Positions 1-8,498 of a stretch of DNA of 20,792 bases are shown one piece after another (positions within the stretch are counted from its first letter, which is position 1; each line of letters starts with the position of its first letter). Position numbers and translations under genes: made by a program. The notes under the pieces were generated by a model, which saw only the letters and a list, made by a program, of their open reading frames with translations, ran no database searches and was not told where the DNA came from. Source of the DNA: an uncultured archaeon (GTDB lineage Archaea; Iainarchaeota; Iainarchaeia; Iainarchaeales; 0-14-0-20-30-16); the NCBI GenBank assembly GCA_964565725.1, contig CAZMGA010000010.1, forward strand, positions 1,733 to 22,524, in the 5' to 3' direction.

Positions 1-3000
1 AACAATGAAGGATTTATATTACCAAAATTACCATATCCTGAAAACATACTTTGATAATTTTGAACTCCTAAAATTACAGGATCAAAAGCATTACTACCCA
101 TGATAGTTCCATTTGAAGATATTATTTGTAAACATCTTGACAAATCACTAACAGAATTTTCTTTTTCTAACTTAGTAGTTATTTCTTGTAAACCATTATT
201 TGTAGGATAATAAGCTTTAATAGTAAAAATTACTTTTGAAGTCTCAGAAATTACATCACTAGACTCTTTAAAATTCAAATCAAAATTATTATTTCCTGTT
301 TTTAATACTTCAAATAATTCTAATCCTTCTTCTTTAATTTCTAATTTATCATTAGTATATTTACCTAATTCTTTACCATCCCATTCAACAAAGATTTTAA
401 CATTATTTAATTTTGCAGGGTTAGTATTATAATTACAATTATTAATTAAATTATATTCATCATCTTTTATATTTTTTAAAGTTAAACAATCAACAGAATC
501 TAAAGAATCTCCTAATTTTATATAAATATTCAAAGGGATTTTTGCATTCCAACTTGTGTTTACTTCTTCACTAGTTAAAACTAAATCTAAATATGTTGTA
601 AAAGATTTAGGTTCTAATAAATTTTCACCAAATTCAGTTAATTTTGCATTTAAATCCAAATTTATATTTCCATCAATATACATATTAGTATGTAAATTAG
701 TTTTTAATTCCATATATTTACCAAAAGAATTATCTACAAAACCAAATTTAGTTATTTTTAATTTATATGGTAAAGGTGTACTTAAATTTATAGTCTTAAA
801 TGCTTTATCATTATTTTCTTTATCAATAGAAAAAATTATTTCAGGTAAACTAGAAATTAAAATATTTTCATTTATTTTTATTTCTGAATTTATCACATTA
901 TAACTTGGAGCGCTCACATTAATTTTTAAAGTATCCCCAACATTAGGTTTTTGAATTTCAAAACTATATTGTCCAAAATCATTTGTTTTTCCACTACTTA
1001 ATAAAGTATCATTCAAATACAAATTTACTTTTGCATTATTAATTAAAGAATTATCATCTAAACTTTTAACTTCAATATATCCAGTATTATTTACAAAAGG
1101 AACAATTACTTTAGGATATAAATCAACAGTTAAATTATAAGGATTTTCTACACTTACAGTTATATCTTGTTCAAATAAAATTTCTGATTTATTTGATTCT
1201 AAACCTATTTTCAAAATACTATTTCCAGTTTTTGTAGTATTTATTTTAAAATTACCTATTAATTCAGCATTTTGATTAAATTCAGATAATTTTGCAATAT
1301 ATTTTGTACCTGATTTTTCAAATTTAATATTTGTATTATTTAAAGTTCCAACAACAGAAGAAATATCTAATGCGTTAGTTGAATCAATTACTAATTTTAA
1401 ATCTGTAAAATTAGTTTTTTTAGCATTAATTAAATTAAAATTAAAATTTGTTTCTGTATTATATGAAGAATATAATTCATCATAAACTTTTGTAGATACT
1501 AAATCATCAGTAGCAGTCATATCTATACAAGCAATATCTTTACAAATTAAATCTCCTGATTTTAAAGGGATAGACAAAGTATTTGCATAAAAGCTCATTT
1601 TTTCAGAAACACTTTCACTTTGCCCTAAAACAGTATCTAAAGGCAATCTAATAAAAGAACTTCCTGCTTTTAACATAGCCCTATAATTTAATCTAAATAA
1701 ACTAGCTTCACTATCATTAACTGAAAATTTAACTTTAACTAATGTAGCACCAGCATTAATTTTACTTAATTTAGATTGTATCCATAAAGCATCATCATTA
1801 GTTTTATTTTGAACATCTGTAGCATAACCATTAGGATAATTATAAGTTGTTCCTTTTACATTTGAACCATAAACTACTTCTACATCTTTCAATATAACAT
1901 CGCTTTCACCAAGATTTACAGCATTACCTAAAAAGAATAATTCTCCTTCTGAATAAGCAGTTTTTGGAACATTCAATACAAAAACAGCATAATATTCATT
2001 ATTTCTTAATACATTATAAGGTACAGAAGTTATTTCGCTACCATCAGCATTATAAATACCCAATAAATTAAAACTTAAATTAGTATTATATGCTGTAAAA
2101 TAAGTATTAATATTTACTGTTTGATTTGTTTCTAAATTTACAAATAAAGAATAACTTGCACCAGTATCACTATATGCTTTTGCATAAACTGTTTTATCAG
2201 CACTTATACCATAAAAATGAGCAATTCCTAATTCATCAGTTATAGTAGTATTTGATACTTTTTTATTAGAATATAAATCATATAAATCTACACTCAAATT
2301 AGTAATAGGCAAACCTTTTAAATCTAAAACTGAAACATCTACATTTCCCCTACCAACTATTAAATTAACATTAATTTTATTTATTTGTCTAATATCTAAA
2401 ATTAAAGGGGTAGAAGTTTGTGAATAATCACCTTTATTTACTACAACATAATATGCAACATTAGATTCTAATCTATCAAATACAACTGAACCTTCGGCAC
2501 CAGTTAATTTTGTAGAAATTAAAGCTTCATCTTTGTATAATTTCACAGTAGCATTTGCAGAAATTTCATCATTAGCTGTAACATTAACTGTTAGAGAAAC
2601 ATTATCTTTAACAGGTTGTAATATAATATTTAAAGGTACATCAGAAACAGTAATTTTACTATTATAATACATATATCTTGCATCATCAACTACAATATTG
2701 TATTCTCCCAATTCACTAACAGGTAATTCAAATAAACCTTTATCAGATTCTAATAAAATATATTCTTTTAAAATATAATTATTTTTAGAAATAATTATTT
2801 TTGCACCATTAACTGTAGAAACACTATCCATTACTTTTACTTTTAATTTACCTACATTAGTATTTGATAATTGTACTCTACAACTTATAGTATTATTTTC
2901 TATAACCTCTCTATTACATTCTGAATCAACATTAATAGTATTTAATACACTATATTGTCCTTCAGGATCATTAATAATAAAATAATATTCTTTATTTGCA

Positions 3001-3869
3001 GGCAATTCTAAATTTATAGTTCCCGATTCATCAGTATAACCTTGACCTTGTAGATTATCATTGGAAACAAAATAAGCAGAAACTTCCATATTTGGCAAAA
3101 TTTCATTATTCATGTTTTCAACAGTTATACTTACATTTCCTTTTATTTTTTCAGAATCAACTACAACAGTTAAATCACCATTCAAAGATAAATCTTTTTC
3201 AATATTATATTCTTCTGATGAAATATGTATACTTTTACAGTCGTTAGGTAAATTAGTTAAGTCTAAAGTACCATTATTTACAGTATATATATCATTATAA
3301 TCTATTTCATTACAACTTACATTTAATTCTATTAATTCAGAAAACATAGCTGTTGTATCTTCATCTTTATATAATGTTAAAATTTTGTTAGATAATAAAT
3401 TAGATGAATCTAAAACATAAATAATATAATCAGAATCTTCTTCAAAAATTAATTGATCAGTTGAATCTAATATATAATTATCATTTAATAATTTTAAAGA
3501 AACAATTTCATTTTTCGGAACTCTCATTTTAATATATCCCGAATAATCAGTAGTTTCTGTTATATAATCGTTGCCATAAGATAATTTTACTTCTAAATTT
3601 GGCACTGCAACATTATTTGTGGTGTCTATAAAATATAAATTTGCAGTTATACTTTGGTGTCCTACAACCCCAGTAAAAAACAAGATTAAAAATATAATCA
3701 AACATAATACAAGAATATTAAAAATCCCCATAAAAACAACAGGATTTATGTTTTTTTCTTGCAACCAATTGTCAATCTTATAAGGAAAATGCATTCCTTT
3801 TGAATCAAACCAATCTAACAAAGCATAATGCTTTTCTTCTAACTTGTAATATAAGTCAGATAATCCCAT
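1..3869 (-). CDS. Very large membrane-anchored surface/secreted protein with repeated Ig-like / carboxypeptidase-regulatory-like domains (3' end beyond window start)
   Basis: Not in the ORF track. Reverse-complement reading gives an open frame from ATG at 3869 (MGLSDLYYKLEEKHYALLDWFDSKGMHFPYKIDNWLQEKNINPVVFMGIFNILVLCLIIFLILFFTGVVGHQS...) to the window edge (...FDPVILGVQNYQSMFSGYGNFGNINPSL). One N-terminal TM helix is followed by repeated beta-domain signatures (DYSGYIKMRVP, DESGTINLELPANKEYYF, GAEGSVVFDRLESNVAYYVVVNKGDYS, DELGIAHFYGISADKTVYAKAY, NDFGQYSFEIQKPNVGDTLKINVSAPSY). Confidence 0.85.
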   Translation of the reverse strand, partial: MGLSDLYYKLEEKHYALLDWFDSKGMHFPYKIDNWLQEKNINPVVFMGIFNILVLCLIIFLILFFTGVVGHQSITANLYFIDTTNNVAVPNLEVKLSYGNDYITETTDYSGYIKMRVPKNEIVSLKLLNDNYILDSTDQLIFEEDSDYIIYVLDSSNLLSNKILTLYKDEDTTAMFSELIELNVSCNEIDYNDIYTVNNGTLDLTNLPNDCKSIHISSEEYNIEKDLSLNGDLTVVVDSEKIKGNVSITVENMNNEILPNMEVSAYFVSNDNLQGQGYTDESGTINLELPANKEYYFIINDPEGQYSVLNTINVDSECNREVIENNTISCRVQLSNTNVGKLKVKVMDSVSTVNGAKIIISKNNYILKEYILLESDKGLFELPVSELGEYNIVVDDARYMYYNSKITVSDVPLNIILQPVKDNVSLTVNVTANDEISANATVKLYKDEALISTKLTGAEGSVVFDRLESNVAYYVVVNKGDYSQTSTPLILDIRQINKINVNLIVGRGNVDVSVLDLKGLPITNLSVDLYDLYSNKKVSNTTITDELGIAHFYGISADKTVYAKAYSDTGASYSLFVNLETNQTVNINTYFTAYNTNLSFNLLGIYNADGSEITSVPYNVLRNNEYYAVFVLNVPKTAYSEGELFFLGNAVNLGESDVILKDVEVVYGSNVKGTTYNYPNGYATDVQNKTNDDALWIQSKLSKINAGATLVKVKFSVNDSEASLFRLNYRAMLKAGSSFIRLPLDTVLGQSESVSEKMSFYANTLSIPLKSGDLICKDIACIDMTATDDLVSTKVYDELYSSYNTETNFNFNLINAKKTNFTDLKLVIDSTNALDISSVVGTLNNTNIKFEKSGTKYIAKLSEFNQNAELIGNFKINTTKTGNSILKIGLESNKSEILFEQDITVSVENPYNLTVDLYPKVIVPFVNNTGYIEVKSLDDNSLINNAKVNLYLNDTLLSSGKTNDFGQYSFEIQKPNVGDTLKINVSAPSYNVINSEIKINENILISSLPEIIFSIDKENNDKAFKTINLSTPLPYKLKITKFGFVDNSFGKYMELKTNLHTNMYIDGNINLDLNAKLTEFGENLLEPKSFTTYLDLVLTSEEVNTSWNAKIPLNIYIKLGDSLDSVDCLTLKNIKDDEYNLINNCNYNTNPAKLNNVKIFVEWDGKELGKYTNDKLEIKEEGLELFEVLKTGNNNFDLNFKESSDVISETSKVIFTIKAYYPTNNGLQEITTKLEKENSVSDLSRCLQIISSNGTIMGSNAFDPVILGVQNYQSMFSGYGNFGNINPSL

Positions 3870-3965
3870 ATACAACACCACTAATATATATATGACTACA
3901 AAAGCTTTTAAATACTTCACTCAAAAGGAGAATAATTTATAATCCTTTTGATCTTTTGTAATTAT

Positions 3966-4310
3966 ATGTTAAATATAAATAAGAATAAATATATAAATAT
4001 AGAGCTTAAATTTGCAAAGAATTGGTTTCAAAAGGGAATAGGATTAATGTTTTTAAATCCAAAAAAATTTGACTTTGGTTTAGTATTTGAATTAAGGAAA
4101 CAAAAAAAATATTCTAACTCAATACATATGCTTTTTGTATTTATGCCTATATTAGCAATATTTTTAGATAACAATAAAAAAATTGTAGACAAAAAAATAT
4201 TAAAACCATTTAATTTACGTTATACTCCTAAAAAATCTTGCACTTATTTAATAGAACTACCTATAACACATAAAAATAATTTTAAAATAAATGATAAATT
4301 AAATTGGTAA
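3966..4310 (+). CDS. DUF192 family protein
   Basis: KGIGLMFLNPKKFDFGLVFELRKQ...SIHMLFVFMPILAIFLDNNKKIVDKKILKPFNLRYTPKKSCTYLIELP matches the DUF192 pattern (RGLMFR..l..gMLFvF...i.vaFlD..g.Iv.....P....Y.p...a.YvlElP). The ORF track start at 3948 is a TTG; ATG at 3966 is more likely. Confidence 0.7.
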   Translation: MLNINKNKYINIELKFAKNWFQKGIGLMFLNPKKFDFGLVFELRKQKKYSNSIHMLFVFMPILAIFLDNNKKIVDKKILKPFNLRYTPKKSCTYLIELPITHKNNFKINDKLNW

Positions 4311-4341
4311 GATTCATATATATTTGTGTTTTTTATAGTAT

Positions 4342-4899
4342 ATGGTTTCTTTATTATCATTAAGAAAGGCAGTAAACAAAATGATGCCTTATATTTTATT
4401 AGCTTTATTAATCCTTTTAGGTATAGATTTATTTTTTAAAACACATAATGAAAATGTAAAAATCATTTTAGAAATTTTAGATTCTGCAATAATAATTATT
4501 TTTATATTTGATTTAATACTTTTGTTTAAAGAATCAAAAGACATAAGATTTTTCTTCAAAAATTATTGGTTAGATATTATAGCTGTTTTACCATTTGGTT
4601 TAATTTTTAGAACTGCAGATAGTGTTTTGAAAATTGGTTTAGAGGTTGAAAAAATAGTTGCTGGTCAAAAGGTAGTTCATGAATTAGTAAAAGGAGAAGA
4701 TTTAATTAAGTTTTTTTCAAGACTTTTAGAAAAAATTAAAATATTTGAATTTTTAGGAAAATTTACAAAAGGATTTAGATTCATACCTAAAACAATAAAA
4801 TATATTAAAAAAACTGATTCTTTTGCAAAGCTACACGATATTTTTTATTACAACAAATTAGATTATGAATTACCAGAAAAATTTAGATTTAAAAGATAA
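4342..4899 (+). CDS. Voltage-sensor-like (ion transport S1-S3-like) membrane protein without a pore domain
   Basis: Hydrophobic segments plus the motif FDLILLFKESKDIRFFFKNYWLDIIAVLPF, typical of the S2-S3 region of VGC-superfamily voltage sensors (..FF..NWWDiiailPF). No TVGYG-like filter and no second pore helix pair follow. Confidence 0.5.
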   Translation: MVSLLSLRKAVNKMMPYILLALLILLGIDLFFKTHNENVKIILEILDSAIIIIFIFDLILLFKESKDIRFFFKNYWLDIIAVLPFGLIFRTADSVLKIGLEVEKIVAGQKVVHELVKGEDLIKFFSRLLEKIKIFEFLGKFTKGFRFIPKTIKYIKKTDSFAKLHDIFYYNKLDYELPEKFRFKR

Positions 4900-4902
4900 A
4901 TT

Positions 4903-6189
4903 TTAAGGTAATAATCTATCAGGATCTCTAGGAAATAAAACAGCTTCTTTAGTGTTTTCTAAATCAGTCATTCTTCCAACTATTCTATCTAAACCCATTC
5001 CAAATCCACCATGACTTGGACAACCATATTTTAATAGTTTAGAATATTCTTTTAATTGTTCTAAATCTAATCCTTTTGCTTCTGCTTGTTTTAAAAATAA
5101 ATCTAATTTATGTTCTCTAATTGCACCAGTAGTTATTTCTTGTCCTTTATACAACAAATCAAAAGAGTTAGTTGTTTTATTATCTGAATTATAATTATGA
5201 TAAAAAGGTCTACAAGAAATTGGATAATCAATTACAAAAACAAAATCACTTTTATAGTTTTCCAAAAAATGTTTTCCTAATATAGCTTCAGCTTCTGGAT
5301 CTAAATCATCATCATAAATTTTTTTATTATAATTTTTTTCCAACAATTCTAAAGCATCATAAAATTTTATTATAGGAAATTTTTCAGAAACATTAAAAAT
5401 AATATTCATTTCTTTTAACAATTCAAAATCATTGCTTTGTAATTGTTTAATAATATATTTAAACATGTTTTCTGCAACATTAGTAATATCAGATAAATCT
5501 TTAACAAAAGATAGTTCTGCATCTAAACCAGTAAACTCAGTTAAATGTCTTGATGTTCTACTTTTTTCAGCTCTAAATACAGCTCCTAATTCATATATTT
5601 TTTCAAACCCCGCTGATTGCAACATTTGCTTATAAACTTGTGGACTTTGTGATAAGTATGCTATTTTACCCATATAATCTATTTTAAATAAACTAGCCCC
5701 ACTTTCTGCACCTATAGTTGTAATTTTAGGCGTGTTTACAGCAATAAAATTTTCCTTTTGAAAATATTCATTAACATAACCTATAATTTTACTTCTTAAA
5801 ATAAAAATATTCATATTTTTTCTTTGTCTCAAATCTAAAAATCTATTATCAAACCTAGTAGATAAATCAGATTCTATTTTACCAGAAATATCAATTGGCA
5901 AAGCATCAGATTTAGTTTCAATTACTAACTCTTTTAATAAAATTTCAAAACCATTTCTTGCTTGTTCACTTAATTTTACAATTCCTTTAACATTTACAAC
6001 ACTTTCAATAGTTATTTTATTTAAATCATCAAAATTAGAAAATTCTTTTTTCTTAGCAATTACTTGCAAAGTACCTTCTCTTCTTCTTAAAATAATAAAT
6101 GCCAAATTACCCAATAATCTCAATTCTTCTACAAAACCAGAAATTTCAATTTCGTTATCTACATTTTTTTTTAAATTTTCAAAAGCCAT
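4903..6189 (-). CDS. aspS: Aspartyl-tRNA(Asp/Asn) synthetase, archaeal/class IIb
   Basis: N-terminal OB-fold (EISGFVEELRLLGNLAFIILRRREGTLQVIAKK), class II motif 2 (GAVFRAEKSRTSRHLTEFTGLDAELSF), GAESGASLFKIDYMGKIAYLSQSPQVYKQML, motif 3 (HGGFGMGLDRIVGRMTDLENTKEAVLFPRDPDRLLP). Start set to ATG 6189 (MAFENLKKN), preceded by GGTGATTAT; the track start at 6222 lacks this. Confidence 0.93.
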   Translation of the reverse strand: MAFENLKKNVDNEIEISGFVEELRLLGNLAFIILRRREGTLQVIAKKKEFSNFDDLNKITIESVVNVKGIVKLSEQARNGFEILLKELVIETKSDALPIDISGKIESDLSTRFDNRFLDLRQRKNMNIFILRSKIIGYVNEYFQKENFIAVNTPKITTIGAESGASLFKIDYMGKIAYLSQSPQVYKQMLQSAGFEKIYELGAVFRAEKSRTSRHLTEFTGLDAELSFVKDLSDITNVAENMFKYIIKQLQSNDFELLKEMNIIFNVSEKFPIIKFYDALELLEKNYNKKIYDDDLDPEAEAILGKHFLENYKSDFVFVIDYPISCRPFYHNYNSDNKTTNSFDLLYKGQEITTGAIREHKLDLFLKQAEAKGLDLEQLKEYSKLLKYGCPSHGGFGMGLDRIVGRMTDLENTKEAVLFPRDPDRLLP

Positions 6190-6269
6190 ATAATCACCAG
6201 TATAATATAAATTATATAACATAAAAGAATTTATAAATCATAAACTTTAAAAAAAGATTAAAAAAACTA

Positions 6270-6551
6270 TTATCTTAATCTAGGTCTTTTTCCAGAAATG
6301 CTTGTAGGTTTTTTTGATTTAGGTTTTAAAGATTCTTTAGGTTTAAATCCATAAGAGATTCGTCCATTAATTCCCAAATCTATTTTTCCATGCTTCTTAA
6401 CATACTCTTTATATCTTGATTCCCACGCACTAAATTCTGTTTTTAATTTAGCAAAAATTTTTGGATCTGTAGAACCAGTTGTAGAATTAATTCTTGCTTT
6501 TAATTCTCTAAATTTATTATATAAATACTCTCGCTCTTCAATTGCATTCAT
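6270..6551 (-). CDS. Hypothetical 93-aa protein with helical N-terminus and basic C-terminal tail
   Basis: Open frame in an operon-like position. GTGAT lies 5' of the ATG (gtgatattATG). Lys/Arg/Pro-rich tail KPKESLKPKSKKPTSISGKRPRLR. Confidence 0.5.
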   Translation of the reverse strand: MNAIEEREYLYNKFRELKARINSTTGSTDPKIFAKLKTEFSAWESRYKEYVKKHGKIDLGINGRISYGFKPKESLKPKSKKPTSISGKRPRLR

Positions 6552-6558
6552 AATATCA

Positions 6559-7095
6559 CTATAAATATAAATTTAATATATTTTTTAAACTTTTTGTTTT
6601 TTCATTTTCATTTGAAATAAATATATTTTCATCTTTTATTTCTGGCAAATATTTCCATACTTTTTTGAATCCGTTTTTTTTAACATCTTCAATATATTGT
6701 TTTAAAATAGGATAAAAAACTCTAGGATTTTCTTTTTTTAATAAATTATTTTTATCCAATTTACAAAAAGAATATTCTTCATCATAATATTTATAATTGG
6801 GAAATAGTTTACACAATAAAGGGCGTTTTAAATAAATACTACATTCATCATTTTTTAAAAATATACACCCATTATTTTGTTTTAAAGCCAAACTTAAAAA
6901 AAAAGTTTTATTATCAATTTTAAAAAAATTATCATTAGTTATATCATAAAATTCAATATAATAATCCAAATATTTTTCAACAAAATCATTATAATTAATT
7001 TTTAATTTTCTTGCAATTGCTTTAACTTCATCTGGAAATAGATAAATTTTATATTTTTTACAGCATAATGAACAACCATTACATAAATTAGTCAT
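6559..7095 (-). CDS. YkgJ/UPF0153-like cysteine-cluster (putative Zn/Fe-S binding) protein
   Basis: CNGCSLCCKKYKIYLFPDEVKAIA...NNGCIFLKNDECSIYLKRPLLCKLFPNYKY...SFC: the CxxCxxCC ... CxFL..xxCxIYxxRPxxCrxFP pattern of the family. Confidence 0.75.
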   Translation of the reverse strand: MTNLCNGCSLCCKKYKIYLFPDEVKAIARKLKINYNDFVEKYLDYYIEFYDITNDNFFKIDNKTFFLSLALKQNNGCIFLKNDECSIYLKRPLLCKLFPNYKYYDEEYSFCKLDKNNLLKKENPRVFYPILKQYIEDVKKNGFKKVWKYLPEIKDENIFISNENEKTKSLKNILNLYL

Positions 7096-7110
7096 AATAA
7101 AAAACCCATA

Positions 7111-7644
7111 TTATTTTAAAACTTCATACAATTCTTTATTTAAAATAATTTTATTTACTTTACCTAAATTTTGTTTATATATGATTTCTTTATTCTCTAA
7201 ATTTAACAATATTCTATGAGCTTTAATTTTTGAAACACCTTCTAATCTATTTAACTCATATTGATAGATTTCACCATTATTACTTATAATTTTTTCTATT
7301 ATTTGTTTTTCTTCTTTACTTAAAAAATTTAATATGATCTTTGTATTTTTCTTTTGAACGTTTTCGGTTTTAATTAATTTATTAGACAAGAAATAAAATA
7401 TTATTGCTCCAGCTAATAAACCAAAAAAACCCATTATCCCAAAAGCATAAATCCCATTCATAAATCTATTATCAGGGGGTTTCATTCTATTAAAATCATT
7501 AAAGTTATAATCTTTTAAATCAGATTTATTTATTTGTACAGTATTATTTATTTGTTTATAACTAATTAAAAAAATAATTAAAAAAATAATTATTACAAAA
7601 ACAAATATTAAAAGCACATTAAATCTATTTTTTAAAAAAGTCAT
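7111..7644 (-). CDS. Putative membrane-anchored winged-helix/HTH transcriptional regulator
   Basis: Two TM segments (NVLLIFVFVIIIFLIIFLISY and GIYAFGIMGFFGLLAGAIIFYFL) flank a ~40-aa loop, then a C-terminal wHTH-like region (LSKEEKQIIEKIISNNGEIYQYELNRLEGVSKIKAHRILLNLENKEIIYKQNLGKVNKIILN). The track start (7749) is TTG; ATG at 7644 is preferred. Confidence 0.6.
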   Translation of the reverse strand: MTFLKNRFNVLLIFVFVIIIFLIIFLISYKQINNTVQINKSDLKDYNFNDFNRMKPPDNRFMNGIYAFGIMGFFGLLAGAIIFYFLSNKLIKTENVQKKNTKIILNFLSKEEKQIIEKIISNNGEIYQYELNRLEGVSKIKAHRILLNLENKEIIYKQNLGKVNKIILNKELYEVLK

Positions 7645-7668
7645 AATTATATAAAGGACATTTAATTT

Positions 7669-7748
7669 AAAAAACAATCGTTTCAAAAAAAAGAAACTAA
7701 GTTTCACAAAAAAAACAATCGTTTCAAAAATTAATATATATGGTTTCA
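7669..7748. promoter_or_regulatory. Candidate operator array (4x GTTTCA at 20-22 bp spacing, including a GAAACTAAGTTTC palindrome) between the divergent regulator and ABC operon
   Basis: GTTTCA starts at 7680, 7701, 7721 and 7743. The identical 21-mer aaaaaacaatcgtttcaaaaa occurs at 7669-7689 and 7710-7730 (41 bp apart). Perfect palindrome GAAACTAAGTTTC at 7693-7705. Confidence 0.55.
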
Positions 7749-7772
7749 AATATAGATATATTTGGTGAAAGA

Positions 7773-8498
7773 TTGAAAGAATTAAAATCTAATGTTATTT
7801 TAGAATTAAAAAACATATATAAGACATATAAAATTGGGGATACTGAAATAAAAGCAAATAATGGTATAAATTTAAAAATTTTAGAAGGTGAATTTATATC
7901 TATTATAGGAGCATCAGGTTCAGGAAAATCTACTACATTATCCTTAATAGGTTTATTAGATTATCCTACAAAAGGAGATATATTTTTAGATAATACAAAT
8001 ATAACAAAAAAACCAGAATCTGAAATTGCTAGAATCCGTGGTTCAAAAATAGGTTTTATATTTCAAACATTTAATTTATATCCTTCCCTAACTGTTTATG
8101 AAAATATAACCTTGCCTATGAAAATTCACAATATTTCAGAAAATATAATCAAAAAAAGAGTTCCTGAATTAATAAATGTAGTAGGATTAAATCACAGAAT
8201 AAATCATATTCCTAAAGAATTATCTGGCGGAGAAAGACAAAGAGTAGCAATAGCTAGAGCTTTAGCTACAGATCCAAAAATAATTTTGGCAGATGAACCT
8301 ACTGGTAATTTAGACTCTAAAACAAGTATTGAAATAATAAAGCTTTTAACAAAATTAAATAAAGATAATAACAAAACAATCATATTAGTAACACATGAAT
8401 CTGAAATTGCAAAATATACTAATAGAACTATCGAAATAAAAGATGGTAAAATAATTTACGATGGTTCTACAAAAAAAAGATATGAGGTGAAAAAATGA
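7773..8498 (+). CDS. MacB/LolD-type ABC transporter ATP-binding protein
   Basis: Walker A GASGSGKST, Q-loop FQTFNLYPSLTVYENITLPM, signature LSGGERQRVAIARAL, Walker B IILADEPTGNLDS, H-loop VTHE. The ORF track gives ATG 7740; TTG 7773 has an upstream GGTGA and a TATA-like box at a suitable distance. Confidence 0.95.
   Translation: MKELKSNVILELKNIYKTYKIGDTEIKANNGINLKILEGEFISIIGASGSGKSTTLSLIGLLDYPTKGDIFLDNTNITKKPESEIARIRGSKIGFIFQTFNLYPSLTVYENITLPMKIHNISENIIKKRVPELINVVGLNHRINHIPKELSGGERQRVAIARALATDPKIILADEPTGNLDSKTSIEIIKLLTKLNKDNNKTIILVTHESEIAKYTNRTIEIKDGKIIYDGSTKKRYEVKK

Noticed and set aside
556-903. Plus-strand 115-aa ORF in the track
   Set aside because: Lies antisense within the long minus-strand surface-protein frame (1..3869). 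Its composition is typical of the reverse complement of a low-G+C coding region.
3112-3300. Plus-strand 62-aa ORF in the track
   Set aside because: Also antisense to the surface-protein CDS. No recognisable motif or plausible initiation signal.
5432-5635. Plus-strand 67-aa ORF
   Set aside because: Antisense within aspS, whose motifs 2 and 3 are unambiguous.
7669-7730. Two identical 21-mers resembling a minimal CRISPR-like repeat pair
   Set aside because: Only two copies, A-tract-dominated, with a 20-bp interval containing its own palindrome and no cas genes. It fits an operator array better.
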